Assembly: GCF_000299355.1 (NCBI RefSeq)
Contig: NC_018664.1
Coordinates: 1,440,380-1,472,379, forward strand
Reading direction: 5' to 3'
Length of the DNA: 32,000 nt
From: Gottschalkia acidurici 9a
Lineage (GTDB): Bacteria; Bacillota; Clostridia; Tissierellales; Gottschalkiaceae
The notes beneath the pieces were generated by a model. The model saw nothing but the letters and a program-made list of their open reading frames with translations, did not search any database and was not told the origin of the DNA. Positions 18,791-25,947 of this stretch are shown here, one piece after another (position 1 is the stretch's first letter; the number at the start of each line of letters is the position of its first letter). The translations under genes were made by a program, and so were the position numbers.

Positions 18791-18840
18791 ATGAAAATTA
18801 ATGAAAACATAGGTATGAAGTTAAAAAATTGATAAGAAGG

Positions 18841-18870
18841 ATATACAGAATAGATTTAAGGCTCATTAAT
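18841..18870 (+). repeat. Repeat R3 (partial copy of R1/R2 5' end)
   Basis: atacagaatagatttaaggctcattaa is nearly identical to R1 gtgcagaataaatttaaggctcattaa (15576-15602). Confidence 0.65.
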
Positions 18871-18905
18871 AAATTAATTAATTTTAAAAATTTTAATAAA
18901 TAAGA

Positions 18906-18945
18906 GGCAAATTCCCTTATCTAAATAAGCATAAGGTAATTTGCC
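18906..18945. terminator. Bidirectional hairpin terminator between convergent genes
   Basis: 15-bp stem ggcaaattcccttat / ataaggtaatttgcc with one mismatch. The minus-strand version is followed by a T-rich run. Confidence 0.65.
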
Positions 18946-18959
18946 GTTATATTACAATA

Positions 18960-19505
18960 TTAAGATATAGGATCCTGAATTAGTGTTGCAAATACAATTT
19001 GATGGAAGTGTCCATCATCAAAAGTTGTTCTAGCCTTAACAAAATGAATGTGTTTTCCGTTACCTACATCAATAGCTGGACCAGTTTCAGTACCAAGTTC
19101 ATGATGGTGGTTTACGAAGAAATCAGTATTAGTTAGTAGAGCATGTTTATGGCCACCACCAGGTAGAGGAATTGCCTCACTAGTAACTCCTGCAACACGG
19201 TGATTATGACGATCGTCACACTCTTCCGCTAATTTAGTGCTACCTAAGAATTCATGCACGTGAGATTGAGTTCCTTCTTCATTTTCATCACAATGGTCAT
19301 GACGCTTACGTCCATAATACTCATTTTCTCTATAGTCATCATATTCATTATAATAACGATCTTTATCACAATCGTGTTTATGTTTCTTTTTATCATCTTT
19401 ATTACAATCATGTTCATGCTTCTTTCTATTATCCTTATCACAGTGGTTATGACAAGGGGGATTTATTCTCTTTATGCTTTGAATAATATGACAAAATAGA
19501 CACAT
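18960..19505 (-). CDS. YmaF-family protein with Cys/His/Lys-rich repetitive N-terminal extension
   Basis: The C-terminal 100 aa (HVHEFLGST..HNHRVAGVT..GGGHKHAL..HHHELGTETGPAIDVGNGKHIHFV..DGHFHQIVFATL) match the YmaF HxH repeat pattern. The N-terminus carries 12-aa CDKDNRKKHEHD-type repeats. The RBS is weak. Confidence 0.75.
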   Translation of the reverse strand: MCLFCHIIQSIKRINPPCHNHCDKDNRKKHEHDCNKDDKKKHKHDCDKDRYYNEYDDYRENEYYGRKRHDHCDENEEGTQSHVHEFLGSTKLAEECDDRHNHRVAGVTSEAIPLPGGGHKHALLTNTDFFVNHHHELGTETGPAIDVGNGKHIHFVKARTTFDDGHFHQIVFATLIQDPIS

Positions 19506-19561
19506 CCTTATTATTAATTTATTGGCGAGTATACAATTTTTGTTATATACAAGCTATATTA

Positions 19562-19588
19562 CATTATATGCACCTATCCTTAATGAGT
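19562..19588 (-). promoter_or_regulatory. Candidate sigma-K-type promoter of the YmaF-like gene
   Basis: The minus strand reads AC-N16-CATATAATG (last base G instead of A), about 60 nt upstream of the start. Confidence 0.4.
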
Positions 19589-19715
19589 GACTTGAAAAAA
19601 GTGTTTTACTTAAACATTTAGGAAGTTAAAATTAAAAGAAAAGTTAATTCAAACTTAGAAGAAATGATGTGAAAAAAGTATATAATTAAATAAGTCCTAC
19701 CGAATATACCGACAG

Positions 19716-19756
19716 ACACTTTAGACAAAACTACTAAGATTAAAGTGTATTTTTTT
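19716..19756 (+). terminator. Orphan intrinsic terminator
   Basis: Hairpin acacttta-N17-taaagtgt followed by atttttttatt. It is nested inside an outer cctacc/ggtagg pairing (19694-19769). No plus-strand gene lies upstream. Confidence 0.5.
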
Positions 19757-19967
19757 ATTGTGGGTAGGTTCAACATGAATTACCTTTTGAGGATTAAAAT
19801 AGTTATAGGTTAGGCTATAGAGCTAATTTATAGTTTTTACCTAAATATTATACTATAATCTTCAAATATAGTACTTTGTAAAGTGTTCCTAGAGTCTGGT
19901 AAATATATGATAAAATAAGTGTAATTAATTATATTTACACAAACACAATATCATATGTGTTAAGGAT

Positions 19968-20321
19968 GTGAAGAGAATAGAATTAAGAAAAATAATCTCA
20001 AAAAGTCTACAGGGAGTACTAGGTGTAATAAGTTCAATTCTATTTACAATAAGTTTTCCTTATTTCGGATGGAACTTTGTAATAAATGTTACAAAAGCAT
20101 TTGAAAATATAGGTTTTAGTATTGATCTAGTTGGACGTCCAGGAACTTATGATCCTGGAGCAGTTATTGTATCAGGATTATATTTATTGACAATATTGTT
20201 AGCTTCTTATCTTACTATTAAAAAGACAAAGTATAAACTCTATGGTAAAATAATTTTGTTCAGTGGAATACTCATGACTATCATGGTTTTTGTATTAGTT
20301 AGTTCTATGATATGGTTCTGA
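19968..20321 (+). CDS. Membrane protein (about 3-4 TM)
   Basis: 117-aa hydrophobic ORF. The GTG start has a poorly spaced AAGGA. Confidence 0.45.
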   Translation: MKRIELRKIISKSLQGVLGVISSILFTISFPYFGWNFVINVTKAFENIGFSIDLVGRPGTYDPGAVIVSGLYLLTILLASYLTIKKTKYKLYGKIILFSGILMTIMVFVLVSSMIWF

Positions 20322-20850
20322 TTATACATAATGATAAACTACAGTATGAGTTTTGAATGTTTAACATTAGAGTAAATGAAGATAGTTAATTTAGTGAACT
20401 AAAGGCTGGATCATATCAAGCTATAGAGGTATATTTTTCATGCCTAATATTTACTTAAGCTATATCATATATTTAACCATGTGAAACTTAATTAGAATAG
20501 AAGATGACTATATAATTGAGTTTTAATTATACTTTCTGTTTCAGTGATTTTTATTATTTTTTGACTGTTATTTTGGAAAAAAGTAAGAGTAGATCTTATA
20601 CACAATTATCATTAAAATAACAAAAGATTACGAGATATATGGAAATGCTATGGGAAAGGCGACTTTATCTATAAGAATATTAATTCTGGTTATGGTAATG
20701 ATTTTTCTACTTGATAATTCTGAATTAATTTCAGTAAGGTTTTTATATGTATTCTATTTATTAATATGATATAGAAAAAATATAACGGTAGCATGATCTA
20801 GTTTAATCACAAAAATTATTAAATTGATAAGTAACAATACAAACTGTATT

Positions 20851-20895
20851 AATAGACTAGACTATTGAATGACTCTATATCTAGTCTATTTTTTA
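20851..20895 (+). terminator. Orphan terminator-like hairpin
   Basis: 10-bp stem aatagactag / ctagtctatt with a 20-nt loop, followed by a T-run. Confidence 0.4.
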
Positions 20896-21007
20896 TATAG
20901 AAAACAACAAAATATGTACAATTAAAAGAATTAATATAAAAATCACCTTTTAACTTTAATTTTAAGACTACTAAAAACAACTATAATATTATAAAAAATT
21001 AAGGAGC

Positions 21008-21150
21008 CTAATTGAAATGCATCTCAATTAATTTACTAAAATCTTCTTTAGTTAGATTTAATGATCTTCTCGTGCTTTTTATTATTCTTCCACCTACAGT
21101 ACTAAGGTTATATAAAGACTTTAAGTTATCAACAGTCTTGCTGAAATAAA
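21008..21150 (-). pseudogene. Truncated XRE/cI-like HTH remnant at the right end of the element
   Basis: The minus strand reads ..NLSTVGGRIIKSTRRSLNLTKEDFSKLIEMHFN*, which is an HTH helix-1/2 pattern. It has no start codon and ends prematurely. Confidence 0.4.
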
Positions 21151-21166
21151 ACGTTCCAGATCACAA

Positions 21167-21177
21167 GTATTGATAAT
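21167..21177 (+). repeat. Right copy of the 11-bp direct repeat (attR core)
   Basis: GTATTGATAAT is followed in frame by GAA ATA CTT ATG (EILM), which continues sigK. Confidence 0.9.
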
Positions 21178-21549
21178 GAAATACTTATGACGATACGATC
21201 GTGTAAAAAAACACAATCAGAGGTTTCACTACAAGACCCTATAGGAGTAGACCGTGAGGGTAATGAATTATCACTTATGGATGTACTGGGAACAGACCCA
21301 GATGAAATAACAGATAAGGTTCATCTCAAAATCGAAATAAAAAAGCTTTATGATAAGATAAGCAAGGTTTTAAAAGCGAGAGAAAAAACCATAATACAAC
21401 TTAGATATGGTCTTTTAAATGGTGAACGTAAGACTCAGAGAGAAATAGCTGATATGCTTGGAATTTCAAGGTCATATGTATCCAGAATTGAAAAAAGAGC
21501 TGTACAAAAATTATCAAAAGAATTTAATTATGAAATTAAAGGAAGGTAA
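21178..21549 (+). CDS. sigK: sigK 3' segment (residues 115-237; regions 3-4)
   Basis: In frame from 21178: EILMTIRSCKKTQSEVSLQDPIG..REKTIIQLRYGL..KTQREIADMLGISRSYVSRIEKRAVQKL. This is colinear with B. subtilis SigK ..ENEILMHLRALKK..VSLHDPIG..ISRSYVSRIEKRAL. Confidence 0.93.
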   Translation, partial: EILMTIRSCKKTQSEVSLQDPIGVDREGNELSLMDVLGTDPDEITDKVHLKIEIKKLYDKISKVLKAREKTIIQLRYGLLNGERKTQREIADMLGISRSYVSRIEKRAVQKLSKEFNYEIKGR

Positions 21550-21694
21550 GACATTTGTATCTTTTTTACATTTAACTCAAATAAGATAACATGTTAAATA
21601 AAATCTATAATTAATATTATAAAAATATTAAAATATCAAACAAAGATTTATTAGGCATATTTATCAATATACTAATTTTGAATAATAAACTCGC

Positions 21695-21728
21695 AAAAGT
21701 AGCTATAATTTTCTATATAGCTACTTTT
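21695..21728. terminator. Bidirectional terminator between sigK and the convergent lipoprotein gene
   Basis: 13-bp perfect stem aaaagtagctata / tatagctactttt with an 8-nt loop. A/T runs lie on both sides. Confidence 0.75.
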
Positions 21729-21780
21729 AATGTTTTATATTACAATGAACTTATAACATGAATAGTATGACAAGACATTA

Positions 21781-22350
21781 TTACATGTTAGGAGTTATTC
21801 TTCTGATGATTTCTTCTACTTCATTTCCTAATCCAGATATCGGTTTACCATTTCTTACATCTGTACCTAAATTTTCTACTCTTTTGATTAAATCTGGGTC
21901 AGCTGTTACAGCTACATTATTTATATTACTATCTTCTTCTTTTACTTTAGCCTCAACCCTATTCTTTAAGTCAGTAGTAACTTTTCCTTCGGTATTGTCA
22001 TTCGTATTAATACCAACAAGACAAGTATTACCAGTTAATATAACTGATGCATTTTTAACTTCAGGCAATTCTGTTAACTTGTTAGCTATTCTATCAGATT
22101 TCTCTACCATAGAATTATTATCCGTATTAGTGTTTAAGTTATCATTCGGATATCCATCATTTGGATTATTATACAGATGTCTATCTGTACTTTGATTATT
22201 ACTATCTCTAGGCTCTATTCCATTCGTGCTACGAGGAACAGGTTCGTTAGGAGCTATCTTCTTAGGTGTAGTTCTACAACCTATAGATCCTACAGCTACA
22301 GATAGCGTTAAAATAGATAATAAAGAAAATTTCTTTAAACTTTTATTCAA
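21781..22350 (-). CDS. YhcN/YlaJ-family sporulation lipoprotein
   Basis: GGAGG lies 8 nt upstream of TTG 22350. Signal peptide with lipobox (LSVAVGSIGC). C-terminal ..ELPEVKNASVILTGNTCLVGINT..VTADPDL.. is the YhcN/YlaJ pattern. Confidence 0.8.
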   Translation of the reverse strand: MNKSLKKFSLLSILTLSVAVGSIGCRTTPKKIAPNEPVPRSTNGIEPRDSNNQSTDRHLYNNPNDGYPNDNLNTNTDNNSMVEKSDRIANKLTELPEVKNASVILTGNTCLVGINTNDNTEGKVTTDLKNRVEAKVKEEDSNINNVAVTADPDLIKRVENLGTDVRNGKPISGLGNEVEEIIRRITPNM

Positions 22351-22488
22351 TATTAACACCTCCAGTATCTATTATGTCTATATATAAAAAAAATATTTAT
22401 ATTATATTAACATTAGATACTGGAATTTTTTTGAAATATTTAATGGGAGTAAAAAGTTAAACCTAAAAGTTCTTTAAAACTATAAAAG

Positions 22489-23178
22489 CTATCTATAATC
22501 ATAATAATACATATAAGGGTCGTAATTATAGTTACAGTAATAATTACTCATATTGTGATTATTATTACTGTGTTTAAGCATAAACATTTCAAGTCTTTGA
22601 TTAACAATGTTCCAATCTATATTCTCCATAAAAATATCTATATATTTCTTTCTATCTATCCCGAAGTCGATCATATAAGCATGCTCATATACATCTAAAA
22701 CCAATAAAGGATGTGCCATCCAAATAGAGCCTTTATCATGTTCATCCTGACCGTATATGTGAAGTCTTTTATCAATATGATCTATGGCTAATACTACCCA
22801 TCCTCTCATAGCCAAACCAGTTTGCTTAAACAAATTTTCCCATCGTTCAAAACTATAGAAATCTCTTATTATAAGATCAACTATAGGTCCGAATGGACGA
22901 TTATAATTACTATTTAGGTTTTCAAAATATAACTCATGTAATTTAACTCCATCTAGAGCATAAGTTTCTCCTAGTCTTAGACAACGAAGAGGACTATAAG
23001 TAGGATTTGAGTCATTAAATTCAGGAGTTTGATCAAGTATATCCCAAATTTTATTGATATTTCTGACATATCCTTTATAAAGCTCATAATGTTGATCTAA
23101 TTGATTTCTGGAGATTCCTTTTACATTATTAAAATTAAATTGCTTAATATTGATTGTATTTTTTGAACTATTTTTCAT
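22489..23178 (-). CDS. Fe/Mn superoxide-dismutase-family protein with Tyr-rich C-terminal tail (coat-type SOD-like)
   Basis: SOD family motifs LDQHYELY, GVKLHELYFENL and LVLDVYEHAYM. The tail reads NYYCNYNYDPYMYYYDYR. GAGGTGAG RBS. Confidence 0.75.
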   Translation of the reverse strand: MKNSSKNTINIKQFNFNNVKGISRNQLDQHYELYKGYVRNINKIWDILDQTPEFNDSNPTYSPLRCLRLGETYALDGVKLHELYFENLNSNYNRPFGPIVDLIIRDFYSFERWENLFKQTGLAMRGWVVLAIDHIDKRLHIYGQDEHDKGSIWMAHPLLVLDVYEHAYMIDFGIDRKKYIDIFMENIDWNIVNQRLEMFMLKHSNNNHNMSNYYCNYNYDPYMYYYDYR

Positions 23179-23211
23179 AAACTCACCTCATTATATTAAC
23201 TTAGTTTCAGT

Positions 23212-23239
23212 CATTCTATGCAAGTACATACACATAAGT
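23212..23239 (-). promoter_or_regulatory. Candidate sigma-K-type promoter of the SOD-like gene
   Basis: The minus strand reads AC-N17-CATAGAATG, about 35 nt upstream of the start. Confidence 0.35.
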
Positions 23240-23337
23240 GAATAAAGTTGTTTACAATCTTTAAAGTTTGGAGAATATATGTTATTATAAATTCAAATAA
23301 TATATATTCTTTGGATTACTTAGAAAGAGGTGAAAAA

Positions 23338-24186
23338 ATGATCATAGATGCAAATACAAACTTATATTGCTTAATAGGACATCCTATATCTAAAAGCTTA
23401 TCACCAGAAATACATAACTATAGCTTTAAAAAAAACGGTATAAATGCTAAATATATTGCATTAGATGTATCTACAGAAGATCTAGAAGATGCTGTCAAGG
23501 GCATAAAAGCTTTAGGTATAAGAGGATGTAACGTTACTATACCTCATAAAATAGACATAATTAAGTATTTGGATGAAATAGACGAAGAAGCTGAGCTGTT
23601 AGGTGCAGTAAATACTGTGAAAAATGAAAATGGAAAACTTATAGGATACAATACAGATGGAAGAGGATTTGTACAAGTATTAAAAGATAAAAATATAGAG
23701 ATAAAAAATAAAAATATAGCTGTTCTAGGAGCTGGAGGAGCCGCAAGAGCCATATCTATAATACTTGCAAAAGAAGGAATCAATCAAATAACAATATTTA
23801 ATAGAACTATTGAAAAAGCTAAAATAATAATAGATGAGATAAAAGAAAAGTTTCCAGATGTCACAGGAATGTATTCAAGTTTAGAAAGTAACAAATATGA
23901 CTTAAGTTCGGTTGATATTTTAATAAACTGTACTTCTATAGGAATGTATCCAAATATAGATGAAATGCCAGTAGATCCTAGCATTTTTCCTAGACAAACT
24001 GTAATTTGTGACATAGTATATAAGCCTTTAAAGACTAAACTATTAGAAATGTCAGAGAAAAATGGAAATATAGCTATCGGTGGATTAGATATGTTAATAT
24101 ATCAGGGAATTTTAAGTGAAGAAATTTGGCTACAAAAAAACATAGATAAAGATTTAGTGATAGAATGGATTAAAGAAAAGATATGA
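23338..24186 (+). CDS. aroE: Shikimate dehydrogenase
   Basis: AGAGGTG RBS upstream of ATG 23338. LIGHPISKSLSPEIHN, CNVTIPHK and GAGGAARA motifs. Confidence 0.9.
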   Translation: MIIDANTNLYCLIGHPISKSLSPEIHNYSFKKNGINAKYIALDVSTEDLEDAVKGIKALGIRGCNVTIPHKIDIIKYLDEIDEEAELLGAVNTVKNENGKLIGYNTDGRGFVQVLKDKNIEIKNKNIAVLGAGGAARAISIILAKEGINQITIFNRTIEKAKIIIDEIKEKFPDVTGMYSSLESNKYDLSSVDILINCTSIGMYPNIDEMPVDPSIFPRQTVICDIVYKPLKTKLLEMSEKNGNIAIGGLDMLIYQGILSEEIWLQKNIDKDLVIEWIKEKI

Positions 24187-24360
24187 TAAACTTGTATGTT
24201 GTACTAGTTTGAATAATTAGGACAACATACAATCAAACATATACTAAAAAACAATATATAATTCTTATAAAAGATAAACTCACTTCAAAATAATAATTCC
24301 ATAAATAAAGTCCAAAAATTTCATAAAAGAGTCAAAAAATATTAAATGTGTGTGATAAAT

Positions 24361-24783
24361 ATGTTTAAGAAGTGTTCAAATAATAAAGGACTTACCCTAG
24401 TAGAGGTAATAGTATCTATATTTCTGTTAGGTATAGTAATGATATCTATAGGTACTTTAGTGAATTACAATATAAAAATGAATTCTAAGGCTAAAAATCA
24501 GATAATAGCAACTACCGTTGCTGAAGATATTATAGAGGAAGTTAAATTCTCTAATAAAATCAGTGTAGGAGAAAAGACAATTTTATATCATAATTTTGTT
24601 ATAGATTTAAAAGTAGAAATATTAAATATAGAAAAAGATAAAAATCAAGGTAATAAATATGTAAGAAATTATGATTTATATAGGATAGAAGTAGAAGTTA
24701 AACTAAATGATGAAGTCATTGAAAAATTGATTACTTATAAAACTTCACAGTCAGGAAGTGGTGTTAGTGAAATGTCAAGATAG
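24361..24783 (+). CDS. Prepilin-type N-terminal cleavage/methylation domain protein (minor pilin, PilV-like)
   Basis: N-terminus MFKKCSNNKG/LTLVEVIVSIFLLGIV is the class III signal-peptide motif. Confidence 0.75.
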   Translation: MFKKCSNNKGLTLVEVIVSIFLLGIVMISIGTLVNYNIKMNSKAKNQIIATTVAEDIIEEVKFSNKISVGEKTILYHNFVIDLKVEILNIEKDKNQGNKYVRNYDLYRIEVEVKLNDEVIEKLITYKTSQSGSGVSEMSR

Positions 24784-25368
24784 CAAAGGCTTTACTTTGA
24801 TATTAGTAATAATAATGACATCAATAATACTTTTCATAGGAACATATATGATTAAGCTAACATCTACAAACTATAAGATGAAAAAACTAAATAGTATAAG
24901 TAAAAAAATTTTTACATAGCAGAAGCAGGAATAGAAGAGGCATATATGATTCTGGATAAGCATGTTCAAGAATCAATAAATTATTCATATGAAAAACTAA
25001 ATGAATATCAGAATATAGCAAATTTAGAAGACACAGAAATAGTTAAAGTATACTCATCAGAGAATGAAAAGTATGAGCTTTTTAAGCGAATCTACAAGGA
25101 ACACATGAAAACAGTAGCCAACAAGTTAAAGAATATCAGTCAATATAACTTAAATAAAATAGATGGATATACTTTCCTAGTAAATACATCAATATTACAA
25201 TCAAGCAAAGATGATGAACTTATATTGAACATAACCATATCATATGACAATAAGAAAGTACTAGAAAATATTAGAGTTAAGTACGCCATTAAAACTCCTG
25301 AGTATGGAGTAACTAACAGTAGTGATGATCTTATAAATAAGATAGATTGGCTAAATACAAAGTGGTGA
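24767..25368 (+). pseudogene. PilX-like minor pilin gene, frameshifted in an A7 tract
   Basis: The frame from GTG 24767 reads VKCQDSKGFTLILVIIMTSIILFIG..KLNSISKKIFT*. Listed ORF 24946..25368 continues in another frame. One extra A in the 24902-24908 run gives ..SKKNFYIAEAGIEEAYMILDK... Confidence 0.7.
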
Positions 25369-25373
25369 AATCT

Positions 25374-25946
25374 ATGAAAAAAGTCAAAGATAATAGAGGA
25401 ATGACTCTTATAGAATTGATATTAAGTGTATTTATATCATCAATTATAGTTATTGTTCTGAGTACTATGTCAATTACAAGTATAAAAATATTTGAGCGTA
25501 TTTACAATAGCATAGAAATACAGCAGCAAGGTCATTTTATAATGGATTTTATGACTAATAAAATTATACATTCTAATAAAATAGATTCTGTATTAAATTA
25601 TAATAATATTTCTGTATATAACACTAATAAAGAAGTAAGTCTAGGAGAAATTAAATTTAAAGATGCTTCACTAGAAAGTGGAAAATGGCATGTTTTTTCT
25701 ATCCAAAAAGACTATAAAGTTGAAGGTAGATCCATCAGATATGGAAATCGCTCACCTGCTACTATAGAAGCAGGTAACTATATAGATTCAATTCATATAA
25801 AGCCGCTACCAGAGAAAAGTGCTTACAGTGAAGCTAAAGGTATAAATATTTCTATAACTATGAAAAAAGGTGAAAACAAAATAAAATTATCTAAAAATAT
25901 ATATTTCAGAAAATTTGATATAGAAGATATATTAACAGGGGGATAA
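25374..25946 (+). CDS. Prepilin-type N-terminal domain protein (minor pilin, PilW-like)
   Basis: MKKVKDNRG/MTLIELILSVFISSIIVIVL. Confidence 0.75.
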   Translation: MKKVKDNRGMTLIELILSVFISSIIVIVLSTMSITSIKIFERIYNSIEIQQQGHFIMDFMTNKIIHSNKIDSVLNYNNISVYNTNKEVSLGEIKFKDASLESGKWHVFSIQKDYKVEGRSIRYGNRSPATIEAGNYIDSIHIKPLPEKSAYSEAKGINISITMKKGENKIKLSKNIYFRKFDIEDILTGG

Positions 25947-25947
25947 A

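Larger units (their letters stand above)
9609..21177. mobile_element. sigK intervening (skin-like) element, 11,558 bp between repeat copies
   Basis: It splits an otherwise contiguous sigK reading frame and is bounded by the 11-bp direct repeat GTATTGATAAT. It carries a large serine recombinase next to the left junction and contains phage/ICE-like remnants. Confidence 0.9.

Noticed and set aside
20650-20769. 39-codon ORF MGKATLSIRILILVMVMIFLLDNSELISVRFLYVFYLLI
   Set aside because: It is hydrophobic and could be a small membrane peptide. It has no convincing RBS and no support beyond being open, so I mention it only in the orphan-terminator finding.
9609-21177. Defence island, CRISPR array or toxin-immunity system inside the accessory element
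   Set aside because: I looked for large ATPase, nuclease or methylase ORFs, spacer-repeat periodicity and paired small genes. The only large ORF is the recombinase, and the only repeats are the R/S modules, which lack CRISPR-like regular spacing.
22351-22359. Track start codons that overlap an RBS or the upstream gene (698, 3816, 9266, 11811, 12785, 15757, 18281, 22359, 23248, 24346, 25347, 28541, 29693)
   Set aside because: In each case an in-frame downstream ATG, TTG or GTG has a properly spaced Shine-Dalgarno sequence and gives the family-typical N-terminus. I used the shorter coordinates.
24192-24232. Hairpin after aroE (ttgtatgttgt-N19-acaacatacaa) as a terminator
   Set aside because: The 11-bp stem is real, but the loop is 19 nt and no T-run follows. 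It is not convincing as an intrinsic terminator.
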